Assembly: GCA_024346625.1 (NCBI GenBank)
Contig: AP024664.1
Span: forward strand, 3,224,001-3,288,000
DNA: 64,000 nt
DNA from: Williopsis jadinii
Lineage: Eukaryota
Direction: 5' to 3'
Positions 35,250 to 46,086 of the stretch are shown in pieces. Both the position numbers and the translations under genes were made by a program. The notes below the pieces were generated by a model. The model made no database searches. It had not been told where the DNA came from and worked only from the letters and a program-made list of their open reading frames with translations. The stretch's first letter is position 1; every line of letters begins with the position of its first letter.

Positions 35250-35725
35250 TGTGAAGAACAGCAAGCCTGGAGGGTGTCAAATGTCTCAACAACTGACGGA
35301 GCAAACGGACAAAAGCTGAGTGCAAAGATGGTCAAAGAGAGAAGGAAAAACCAAAGAAAAACAGAAAAACAAAAATCAACAAAGCATCGATGTTTGATAA
35401 GTTGACCGTTCACGAAGCACACTTAGCGACACACGTAACAACACACGCAAGCAAAAAAAACAGCTGGTTTCAACGCGTTTGGAAGTTGCCTCGGTGAAAT
35501 TTAAACGGCCGAATACACCCTCAGAAAAGGTGGCTAAGCTGCCAAGGGAAAAATTATAGGGGTATGCTGTATGGTAGGGGCAGCACAGACACTATGGTAG
35601 AGTTTTCCAGTGCATAGTGCGCGCTGTACGTGAAAGGCACACATGCATTTTGCTCAGGTATTCGGGTAAGATGTACAGGTTTTTGGTGTTAAGCGGTGAA
35701 TTTGCATAAGGACAGTGTGCGCCAG

Positions 35726-35785
35726 CTGTGTGTATTGGTCTTCGTCTATGAGTGTTGGTCTTAGTCTGTGTGTATTGGTCTAAGG
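35726..35785. repeat. 20-bp imperfect tandem repeat x3
   Basis: ctgtgtgtattggtcttcgt / ctatgagtgttggtcttagt / ctgtgtgtattggtctaagg. Confidence 0.85.
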
Positions 35786-36260
35786 TGAGCAGGATGGGTG
35801 CTCTAGTCAGCTTTAGCTTGGAGGGGGAGGACAGGTGCGATATTGAGGAGCCGGATGCTATGTGAATAAGCTTGATAATGAGAATAAACCTGGACGGTGT
35901 TTGGCAGCAGAAGTTTACCCGATGACATCCTTTTTTGACTTGTTATCGCTCAAACCTCTTACCTGGAGTGGCAGGTATGTGGTTGGAGACAAATGGCTCT
36001 TATGTGTACAGTGTAGGTTACATCCTGGTGCTGTGTGTGGAAACACACAGATGTGCAACTAGACGGTGTGCTTCATTGATATAGCTGGTGTTATCCGAGC
36101 CGAGTAACACCGGGGTTGAACACGAGAGAAGGAACAGTCAAGAAACTATGAAACAGTAAAATATCTACTTGTATTCCATAGTTCAACAGCAGATACAAGC
36201 TATGCTAGAAATCCAGCGGGGAGAATTGGATCGTGGCAATGCACTGCGTTTTTGCAGTGG

Positions 36261-36298
36261 TGAGCCATCGCCATTTGTATGAGCCACCGCCATTTGTA
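36261..36298. repeat. 19-bp tandem duplication
   Basis: tgagccatcgccatttgta / tgagccaccgccatttgta. Confidence 0.9.
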
Positions 36299-36538
36299 TA
36301 AGCATACAATGACAATATGCAAGGGACTGCATAGTGGGCAAGCCATCAACATCTTCCTGATAAATACTGGCAGACACAAGCTGAAACCTATATAACTTTC
36401 CAGGAGAATCACCAAGTCCCTCAGTCAGAGGTCATACAATAGCTGGTGCTACAAGACTTGAGGGATTATAAGATAAAGCCTTTAAAATACACACAGACAA
36501 TCCAAGTCATGTCAAGCGCACATGCTGAGGTTGACACA

Positions 36539-38188
36539 TCAGTAAACGAATTGGAAATCTATCCTCTTGTTACCAACATCAGTGGTTGATTTTCTGTAAG
36601 TATTTCTCTCTTCCTCTGTCAGTTTGTTCCACGCTTTGGCGTTCTGCCTGTTTCTGAGAATATAATACTGTCTGGTCGCAATACATACAATAAAACATGC
36701 AATACTGATGCCAATCAGCCAACTGTTACCCCTGTGGTAAAAAGGACTATCATCAGCTCTGTATACATTTGACGATACAATACCAGCTGCCTGGGAAAAC
36801 ATATTGACCAATGCCGCACTAACAGCTCTTGAACGAACAGAATTGGAATTATGAGAACACCATGAGATTGAAATAGCCCAAAATGGTGCATAACCAAGCA
36901 ACACTGTCAATATAGCATATGTCGGCCAAACATCAATTTGAGATCCTGACCAGAATCTCAGCGGAACCAAGCAGGAGAAACACCAAACAGCCACGGAAGA
37001 TAGCACTAGAGCCCGACTGTTCAGCTTCTCTGAAAGCCAACCCGTCAGTAGCATGGTGATGATAGTCAAGACACTATTAGGAATGGTTAATAGATTTGTA
37101 TCAAAGGTGGAGAATCCAAGCTGACGGAGTGTTAAGGTCAAATAGTTCCCAACAGGAGAGGCCATTAAGTCTCCGAGAAATCTCACAACATATATTGGTA
37201 GAAGATCGTAGTCAGTTAATGACATTAGAAGCTCTCTGAAACTCACTGGTTGGCGATTGTTCATATCACCTTTGGAAGGGTCGTCTCTCAATACTCTATT
37301 AACAACAATCTTCTCCTCATGATCGGTGAACCACCCATTTCTTCTATACCAAGTTTTAGTTTGTACAGCACTTGCAGGCATCATGAAGAAGCTTGCAATA
37401 CCGATAAGAAGTGTGAAGATACCTTCCACTAAGAACACCCATTGCCACCCATGTGGAAGTAGATGTGTATTGATCCTGATGAGTGCATATCCCAGAAGGG
37501 CACTAAGAATATCCGTCAAAGGATTGGCAATGTAGAATAACGAGAGTCTAAATGGTAATTCATCTGATTTGTAGAAATATGACATCCATAAACATGTATC
37601 ACAGATAAAACCACCTTGAAAAAGACCAATCAATGCTCTTGTAATGTAAAAGCCAGCCCTGTCAGTGATTGCTGCCTGTGAGATAGATACCATGCTCCAA
37701 AGACATAGCTGAGTGGGGATCCAGATATCAGCACCAATTTTCTTGGATATCAACTGTGATGGTAGCTCTGCTCCAAGGAAGCAAATAAGATTTACAGTCA
37801 TTGCCCAGTTATAATCATTTGTAGACAGTCCCAGATCGTCAAGCACATCGTCACTCAAAGCTTGGTTAATATTGGCTCTGTCAAAATCAAGTGCAGTGAA
37901 CATAATGTATGCCCAAAATGTCACTCTCCAGTCGATCTTCCAGAGGAGCTTCTTTTCCTCAGCAGTAGTCCAAATGTATTCCGTATCGAACAAGTGACGA
38001 CACTCGTACTCTGCATCCTTGTAAACTTGTTTGTAATATTCAGCAACTGCAGGGTCTTTGAAGATATGATCTTCAACTGTGGACAGCGACTCTTCGTCAG
38101 CAACCTCATGTACAATCGTTCTGTCCTTGGAATGAGAGATATTCTTCTCAAAGTTTCCAACCTTTAACCAGCTTGACATTTTTGGCAT
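36539..38188 (-). CDS. MFS transporter of the Dal5/ACS family, Soa1 (YIL166C)-like sulfonate/sulfur-compound permease
   Basis: ELPSQLISKKIG, GWQWVFLVEG, VNRVLRDDPSKGDMNNRQP; multi-TM pattern. Confidence 0.85.
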   Translation of the reverse strand: MPKMSSWLKVGNFEKNISHSKDRTIVHEVADEESLSTVEDHIFKDPAVAEYYKQVYKDAEYECRHLFDTEYIWTTAEEKKLLWKIDWRVTFWAYIMFTALDFDRANINQALSDDVLDDLGLSTNDYNWAMTVNLICFLGAELPSQLISKKIGADIWIPTQLCLWSMVSISQAAITDRAGFYITRALIGLFQGGFICDTCLWMSYFYKSDELPFRLSLFYIANPLTDILSALLGYALIRINTHLLPHGWQWVFLVEGIFTLLIGIASFFMMPASAVQTKTWYRRNGWFTDHEEKIVVNRVLRDDPSKGDMNNRQPVSFRELLMSLTDYDLLPIYVVRFLGDLMASPVGNYLTLTLRQLGFSTFDTNLLTIPNSVLTIITMLLTGWLSEKLNSRALVLSSVAVWCFSCLVPLRFWSGSQIDVWPTYAILTVLLGYAPFWAISISWCSHNSNSVRSRAVSAALVNMFSQAAGIVSSNVYRADDSPFYHRGNSWLIGISIACFIVCIATRQYYILRNRQNAKAWNKLTEEERNTYRKSTTDVGNKRIDFQFVY

Positions 38189-39035
38189 AAGATGAGAAGT
38201 TATATATGCTCAAGATATTAGAACTCAAGGATGAGTCTGATACTTATATGACCAATCCGTTACAGTTCTCACAGACTCATAATAGGGGATGAGTCCATAG
38301 CTTTACATGCCGATTCACCATGCTGTGGCTGCAATTGCAGTAATGTGAAATAACTTCAATGGATAGATAGAAACCTTCATGCCACTGTGGCGATATTTAT
38401 CCAAATTGAATATGTACATGCCTATTACTGAAGATCTTCATCAAAAGCTTGGTAAAAGAACCCAAATGAGTTAACCATCTGTTAGGCTCACAGTATGAAC
38501 GAATTTTTCAGAAACACAAGTTTGCCCATGTAGTGTATTGCAGCAGTAAAAGTCAACTCGAGTTGTCATTGAATCACCAACATTATATGCTGTCAATATT
38601 AAAATATCAGGGCAGAATAGCGTAGACGATAAACTTTAATATGGTCTCAGTTCTCGTTGAACTATCACATTATGCACTCATATCTTGGTTTGAAGTGTAA
38701 TCTAGAATCAAAATAGTGATGTTTCAAGAAGAGTTGTCAGTTGGCCAGTCTTTAGTGGTTTATCATTGTCTGTAAAAGTTTTTGTCTTAAATCACAGTTG
38801 TGGGTACGGGCCTATCACCAATGAGAATAAAAAACAACTTAGTTATATCCTCAATTGAATCATAAATAGCATCGAATATCGCAATCGTGGCTGTTGACAC
38901 ACAAGTGACTGTTGATATAAGTGGCTTAAGTCAATTCTACAGTTCTCTTGACGTGGATGTGTCCAGCGTCCGAGTGCAGGGATACGCATATATAGTTTTG
39001 ATGAAGTGAGATGTTGATTGAGCACTTCGTCCAGC

Positions 39036-39826
39036 TCAGTGGACGAATCGGAAGTCAAGTCTTCTGTTATCAGCATCTTGCGAGAGTTCTCTATAGATTC
39101 GCTGTTCCTCCTCGCTCATTTGGTCCCAAGCCCATGCTTTCTGTTTATTTCTGAAGATATAGTACTGTCTTACAATCATGCAGCCTATAAAACAGGCGAC
39201 CCTGATAAGCCTGCTAGTACCTCTGTGGTATAGTGCACTATTGTAATACCTGTAACCATGTGATGAGACAATAACATCTGCCTGGAAAACATGCTGATCA
39301 GTGCAAATCTCACAGCCCTCGCACCTGCTGAGTTCGAGCTATGGGAGCACCTCGAGATTGAAATGGAGACAATGCACCATAGACACAGTTGAATTGAAAT
39401 CCAAGCATCAGCACCCAGATTTTTAGAAATTAGTTGGGTCAGTAATTCAAAAGGTAGGAAACAAATCAATGCCCAATTATAATCGTTTGAGGGTAATCTC
39501 AAGTCTTCATGCATATCATCACTCGATTCCTGATTGATGTTTGTCCCATTACACTCAAGCACACTGAACATCAAATATGCCCAGAACGTCAATTTCCAGT
39601 GGATATTTCAAACAAGCTTCCAGTCCTCTGGAGGTGTTCAAGTGTGAGCAGGATGTAAGTGATGACGACATTCGTACACGACTTTTTCATAAAGTTTCTC
39701 GTAGTAGGAAGCCACACCAAGGTCTTGGAAGATGTGTCTTGTTGAGGATAACGATACCTCATTAGAGATTTCGTTATCTTTCACCAAGAACTGATTCTTT
39801 TGGAGACAATTGTTGAATCCCTTCAT
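39036..39826 (-). pseudogene. Decayed tandem paralog of the 36.5-38.2 kb permease
   Basis: Fragments HIFQDLGVASYY..YECRH, TFWAYLMF..QLISKNLGADAWI, CSHSSNS and RQYYIFRN..RRLDFRFVH* align to the neighbour, with frame breaks and a large internal deletion. Confidence 0.93.
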
Positions 39827-40296
39827 TTAGTTGAGGGATAAACTGGATTTCAATGAAACCTGTGGATACTGTTAGAGCCCAAATCTATGTCGATCCCCTC
39901 TCTTCAATGCCAATGAATAGAAAGACGTACAACAAGCAATTATGTGGCTGATACGAGTAATCCATTGCGCTACCACAGTGGTATCCTCATATGTATCACT
40001 TCTGCGAGCCAGATCAGTAACAAGTATGATGGTTCCAATCTTCATCAAGAAATGAATGAACTTAGAGGTATTTTAACAGACCAAGGATTACATTTTCAAC
40101 CTGGCTCACATTTGATCACTAGAGGCTCAAACGGATCTACTAACAACTCAATATGACTAATCACATTCACCGAGAGAGAAAGAATAGATAACTCTGATCC
40201 ATCCTTCAGCTCTGAAAGGGGGGAAACAGGATAAATATATGTCGTTCAATTCATAAGAAGTTAAAGGTCATAAAAGCCAGGGAGACAACGCACACC

Positions 40297-40578
40297 TCAG
40301 GAAGTTGGTTCTTGAATGATTTGTTCAATTTCATTCTTTTTGGCACGTGCAGCAAGGTTCTGTTCTCTTTTCTTCTGTGCTTCAGGTGTAAGTTCCAACG
40401 GTTGCATCTCTCTAAAGGTCACTGATACTTTCTTTGGAGGGAATGTGCCATCTGGGTTTGGGGTTGCTGGGGTGAACTTTATGAGTTGGAAGTCCTTTGT
40501 CAAGTAGTAGGTCACACCACCACCGATAGCCAATCCTATAAACCCTGCAATGATTCTTCCTGTGTTTGTTGGTGCCAT
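40297..40578 (-). CDS. Small (93 aa) single-pass membrane protein of unknown function
   Basis: ATG 40578. One Gly-rich hydrophobic helix (IIAGFIGLAIGGGVTYYL) and a charged tail. Confidence 0.6.
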   Translation of the reverse strand: MAPTNTGRIIAGFIGLAIGGGVTYYLTKDFQLIKFTPATPNPDGTFPPKKVSVTFREMQPLELTPEAQKKREQNLAARAKKNEIEQIIQEPTS

Positions 40579-41098
40579 CTTCGAGCTGGTATCTTCTTGC
40601 AATTGAACCCGTCAATGTCTCTTCAAGCTTCACCATTGCAACAACGTGAAAAGTGCCAACGATGAGAAGGAAACCTTTACCCGCGACATTCCCCAGCGGT
40701 GCGGGCACAGTGGCCAAGCGTGTGCACTCGGAGATGTCCATTCGAGATCGGCTTTAGCCACACAGCGAACAGAGACTGGGCTCTTACGCTGGAAACCACC
40801 TCATCAACCATGTCCAATCGACTCAGCACATCTGTAAATGTTCCAATGTGTACACCAGGGTATTCATAGCGTATTTGTCTCATGTCACAAATGGGTAAAG
40901 TGAAGGAATCTTTCTCTAGACCATCCAGTTAACGGGCGTTGTAATGGAAAACCGTAGGCCCGATGGAACAATGATGGTTTCCGTCTACTTCCCCGCGGCC
41001 GGGCTCACAGGCAGGGGGAATCCACATGAGCCTTAGGCGCAATTGCATAGTTGTGGATTTACGGCGCCATAGTTGTGACTTTGTAAGCCATTGGCAGT

Positions 41099-41126
41099 TG
41101 AGTCATCGTGGATGAGACTATAAAAG
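41099..41126 (+). promoter_or_regulatory. Gcn4/AP-1 consensus site and TATA box upstream of the GGT gene
   Basis: TGAGTCAT 41099-41106, TATAAAAG 41119-41126. Confidence 0.65.
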
Positions 41127-41230
41127 GCCATACAACTTCTCCAGACAGTCTGTCCTTAGAGATTTTCTCCTTTTACAGTCAGAATCCTCCTCACTAGACA
41201 AGAAGAATTCAGGAACAATAACAGCCACAC

Positions 41231-43033
41231 ATGCCCCTCACATTCCAATCAAGAAGATCAACAGTTTATTCAACCAAGGGTATCGTATCCTCGACACAGC
41301 CATTGGCCAATGCCGCTGGTGTTCGAATTCTCGAGAAGGGCGGGAATGCCATCGATGCCGCTGTTGCTGTTTCCGCTGCACTGTGTATCACTGAGACCGC
41401 TTCAACAGATCTTGGGGGTGACGCCTTTATCCTCTTCTATGACAACAAGAGCAAAAAGGTCCACGGTCTCAACGGGTGTGGTAGATCTGCGTCAGAGATA
41501 AGTCTCGATTTGATCAACTCCAAGTACCCGGATCATGTTGAAAACAACCGACTGAAAGTAAGCTCTCCGTTAACTGTAAACGTTCCTGGTGCGGTAGCCG
41601 CCTGGGAGAATGCAATTTCAACATGGGGGTCTGGGAAGGTTACGTTTGCTGAGGTTTTACAGCCAGCAATAGAGCTCGCTGAGAATGGATATCCAATCTC
41701 TGAAATAAGTGCCTCTCTTTATAAAGAGAGCGAGGAAACTTTAAAGAAAGTGAACGCAGTGAAGGGGAATGACTTCCTCAATGAGCAACTATCGACGTTT
41801 TTGCCGAATGAAGGGTTAAAAGCTCCCAAAACTGGTCAATTAATGAAGAACAAGAGATGGGCCGAAACATTGAAGCTTATTGCTGAGAATGGAAGTGAAG
41901 CTTTTTACGAAGGTCCAATTGCTGAATCAATTGTGAAGGAAGTTCAAAGCCGCGGTGGGTTGTTGAAATTAGAGGACCTAGCAGCTCATTCTTCGACCCA
42001 AGTATTCCCCTTGTACTTTGAATTCTTGGGTAAGAAGTTGTGGGAAATCCCACCAAATGGTTCTGGAATCATTGCACAGCTCACACTGGGTCTGATAAAG
42101 GCATTGGATTCCAAAGGTGATGTTAAACTGTCTGAGCTTAACCATAACTCCGTTGAATACCTCCATTTGATAATTGAGTCCCTGAAGCTAGCTTTTAAGG
42201 ATAGTGAAGAGTATGTCCATGATCAATTTCATGTTTCGAAGAACTTTAAGCTTGCAAATTCTCCAATATCACTACAGGAGCAGCTACTGACCTCTCCTTA
42301 CTTTGCAGAGCGTTCAAAATTCTTCAACAAGGATAAAGTGCTTGACAATACCACTTTGAAAGTTGGTACTCTACCAAACGAGTCGTTCAAATCCGACACA
42401 GTTTACTTCTCCGTTACAGACAGTGATGGAAATGCAGCAAGCTTTATTAACTCTGTGTTCCACAACTTTGGTTCCGGTATTCTAGTTGAAGATCGTGGAT
42501 TCTTCCTTCAGAATCGTGGAGCCAACTTTAGCTTAAAGCCAGATTCAAAGAACGTTATTGCTGGGTCTAAACGCCCATACCACACAATTATTCCTGCTAT
42601 GATTACCACTCCATTGGCAAATGGAACAGATGACTTGTATGCAAGTTATGGTATCCAAGGGGGATTTAACCAACCACAGGCCCATGTTCAGGTGTATCTT
42701 AACTTACTGCTGTTTGGTATGACTCCTCAGGAGGCACTTGATGCTCCAAGAATTTCATTGGCACCTCACCCTAAATACTCCTCAACAGATACGGGACTTG
42801 GAGCACAAGGTCCTGTGAGCACCAGTGTGACATTGGTCAATGTGGAATCTGGTATTGATGCAGATGTCATTGATGGGCTTAGAAAACTGGGACACGACAT
42901 TAGAGTGGTTGAGGGCGATGCAAGAAAGGTCTTTGGCCGTGGGCAGATCATTAGAAAAGAACCAGGAGAACAACTTGTCTATGCTGCAGGCTCTGATCCT
43001 CGTGGTGATGGTGCCTCAGTGCCATTGCTCTGA
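41231..43033 (+). CDS. Gamma-glutamyltransferase (Ntn hydrolase), soluble YwrD-like type
   Basis: GGNAIDAAVA, VPGAVAAW, nucleophile SD/TVYFSVTD..N, QNRGANF, KRPYHTIIP, GSDPRGDG. No signal anchor. Confidence 0.92.
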   Translation: MPLTFQSRRSTVYSTKGIVSSTQPLANAAGVRILEKGGNAIDAAVAVSAALCITETASTDLGGDAFILFYDNKSKKVHGLNGCGRSASEISLDLINSKYPDHVENNRLKVSSPLTVNVPGAVAAWENAISTWGSGKVTFAEVLQPAIELAENGYPISEISASLYKESEETLKKVNAVKGNDFLNEQLSTFLPNEGLKAPKTGQLMKNKRWAETLKLIAENGSEAFYEGPIAESIVKEVQSRGGLLKLEDLAAHSSTQVFPLYFEFLGKKLWEIPPNGSGIIAQLTLGLIKALDSKGDVKLSELNHNSVEYLHLIIESLKLAFKDSEEYVHDQFHVSKNFKLANSPISLQEQLLTSPYFAERSKFFNKDKVLDNTTLKVGTLPNESFKSDTVYFSVTDSDGNAASFINSVFHNFGSGILVEDRGFFLQNRGANFSLKPDSKNVIAGSKRPYHTIIPAMITTPLANGTDDLYASYGIQGGFNQPQAHVQVYLNLLLFGMTPQEALDAPRISLAPHPKYSSTDTGLGAQGPVSTSVTLVNVESGIDADVIDGLRKLGHDIRVVEGDARKVFGRGQIIRKEPGEQLVYAAGSDPRGDGASVPLL

Positions 43034-43282
43034 TCATGTTTTTGATTTTTATGTGAGATTTCAATGAACGCACTGGCGAAGTTAGTCATTGTAGTATACA
43101 ATAAACAACTACATAAGCGATTAATTTCTTCCCAGAACAGCAATTGTATAACCTTACATGTTGATATGGGGACATGGATTGTGTAATAGCAGAAAGACAT
43201 CGGTCTTATCAATTGTAACAGGTAAAAAGTCCAGCACCCAGATTTCTCTCGTGCGCATTTTTGAAAAGGAAAAAAAGTGGAA

Positions 43283-43377
43283 CTCCCCATAGGGGGCTCG
43301 AACCCCTGACATTTCGGTCAACTTCCCCTAGTTAGTTCTGTAAAAGCCGAACGCTCTACCGACTGAGCTAACAGGGA
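43283..43377 (-). tRNA. tRNA-Lys(UUU) with a 22-nt intron (43340-43319)
   Basis: TCCCTGTTAGCTCAGTCGGTAGAGCGTTCGGCTTTTA[intron]ACCGAAATGTCAGGGGTTCGAGCCCCCTATGGGGAG, followed by a T-run terminator. Confidence 0.98.
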
Positions 43378-43401
43378 CGAGTTCCGAGATTTCAACATCC
43401 A

Positions 43402-44330
43402 TCATTCTTTGTTATAGTTGATGTAGGTGTGATCCAATTCATACTCTGATATGTTATCACTCAGTTCAGATAACAAGTTCCATTGTACTTTACCAGTGTC
43501 TTCACATTGAGAGGTATTAATATTGAGCATTAAAAATCGAGCATGTCCCAAATTTGAACCATTAACTCAATAACGTACTCAATAACCTGAAACAAAGCCT
43601 TCAATCCATTTCATTGGACTGATATTGGTACTCAAATGCCAGAAGCTAAATGTATTTTCATGAATGTCCTGATTATAGCTAAATGGGAATTCAAGATTTT
43701 GGAGCAAAGAGCTAAGAGTCTCATAATGAGGTACAGCATATTTATCCTTTCTTCTTCCAACTTTCCAATACTTAAGTGTACGAAAATGCTAAATAATAGG
43801 GCTCATACTACTACCACAACGAACCTGGTAGTGTGTCATCACATGAATTCATATCAAATAGGATTGTCTTTAGTAAATGCTTACCTAGATCAATATTTCC
43901 TCTTACTACTTTTTCAATATAGTCATATTTTATAGCGTACCTAGCTTTGTCAATGGAACGGTAGATGTAGACCTCAAGAGGTATAAAGTAAGATCTTTGA
44001 ATTGAGAGCCATTTGATGTAAGAGACAACAGCCATGTGACTAGATAGCTGGGTATACAAAAGACCAGAAAGGACTTTATTTTGGCTGAATGATTTAATTT
44101 TATTTAAAACTCTATAACCGCGAGTTGATAACCAATGAATGAGCCTATCATATCTACCAGGTTTGAATGACTGGGCATTGCGATTTCCTTGTCCATACAC
44201 AGAGAAAGGACTGTGGAATTTGGTTGTTAAATCGTCATTCAAGTGATATAGAAGACTCCAGGAGTTTTTACAGAGCAGAACCTCTATAACATGGGTCCCA
44301 TTTTCGATTATAATAATGGTGAGTTCTCAT
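43402..44330 (-). pseudogene. Possible fragmented gene relic of unknown origin
   Basis: Three successive stop-free stretches of about 170, 70 and 55 codons on one strand in AT-rich DNA. No family recognised. Confidence 0.4.
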
Positions 44331-46086
44331 AATAAACTGCTGAGAGCAGAACTGACTCAAAGGGTTTAATCGCAATTTCTGAAAGCTTGGTTGTATTTTG
44401 TACCTCTACGCTGGTTATCAACAGTCGTTATCCTTACAATAGAATGTGATTTACTATATAACTCTCGGCTCTTTTATAACCAGGAATAGTTGATATTTGT
44501 TTTGTTCCAAACGCTGGAAGAAAATATATCTAAGGGTGTATTTAGTTAAGCTCGGATAATATTCTTAACCGGCTTTTCATAAAAGGCAATATTCGGAAAA
44601 AAAATAACATGATAAGATTCTTTCCTAATGAATACACACTAAGAGCCATTCACACAAGCACACTATCATTGACTTGAAACAAACACAACTCTTAATCGAC
44701 TCAAATTCAAAAACAGAATTTTGACCCTCTGCGTAAAGTTCTAGTTAAGTTGCTTTGTCTTGAAACGTTATCTTAAAAAGTGTTGTTGGTAAACCCCTAC
44801 CAAGCATGGTTATAGTAACGGTCCAAGTTTGCATTTCCCCTAAGAAGTAACCTAAGCTAATGAACCTAATACATACTTATATTACATGAAAGGCACCCTT
44901 AGTGTGTGGGTAAAAAAAGCTTCGATATCAAACCTGTGAGGCTTTATGTGGATTAAGCACTCAATCTGCACTTCATATAGCTTTTATTCGCGTTTGAAAT
45001 TTTAGAGCCATTGATTGAATTGGCTACTTCAGTATTATATCATCAGATTACACAGAGCATATCGTGATGACAAGTCTCTTATTCAGACCACATTGATATG
45101 GCACCGGATTCTTGTCATGAGCATCGAGTAGATAAGTGTCGAAAACCCCTGGAAGGAAACTGCAAGTACCTGCATTCTACTGCAGTCATCTATTAAGTTG
45201 ACTCATTTGATCAACATCGGTCCCAACGTCTGATGTGTGGAGCCTGGATTTCATCAAACTGAGGGCCGAGTTCTTATCCAAGAGCTCTAGTAAACCGTTT
45301 AATTGAAGTGTGTACTTATTACCTGTACCTTTCTTGCATAGTTCAGCCCAGAAAGAACGACATCCAACGCATAATCTTGCAACTTGTACTACCAGTTTTC
45401 GTAGAACCTTCTTAAACTAATTATTCCTTTTAATTCACCCTGAGTTCATGAGAACCCGGCAGTGGCCATCGTGATCTTCATAGGAAGCAGTGGCTTCAAA
45501 TATTCATTGGATTAGAGCTGCTTTATGCTATGTGAAATGTCACCGGAACAGGGGTTGATGAACTTGCTGCATATGTTCCAAACAGTTTTCACTTCACGGA
45601 GATGCTCATAGTGGACTACAAGTAATGTGCTAGAAGACTAAAGAAAAGCATGGCCTTTCTTCAAGTTACTCTAAATTTGTATTACTGTGTTCAGATGGTT
45701 TGGAATCACATCTTTGGGAAAAACAGTCAGATTGTGATTGCTTTCTATATATTTTATTGCCTTTCCGGGAATCTTGAGGAATAATAATTATAACCTTAAA
45801 CTTCAACATGTACAGTGTGCATTTGGGACGTTATCAAAGCGATTTACAGTTGTAATAGTCCATAGAGATGTGCTCATTCTTTGGGCAGGAACATTTGCCG
45901 GCATAAAAATTTAGAAGATCAGTGTTGTAGACCAACGGTAGTTCATGGTTGATCGTTATTTTATTCACTTGAAAGCGGAAAAACTTATAAATTCACCGAA
46001 TGTCTCTGATCAAAGAAAGGTAGAATATCAGTACTCGTATAGCAGCTACTTTTCTTACCCAAGTTAAAGACGAAGTAATTGCAATC

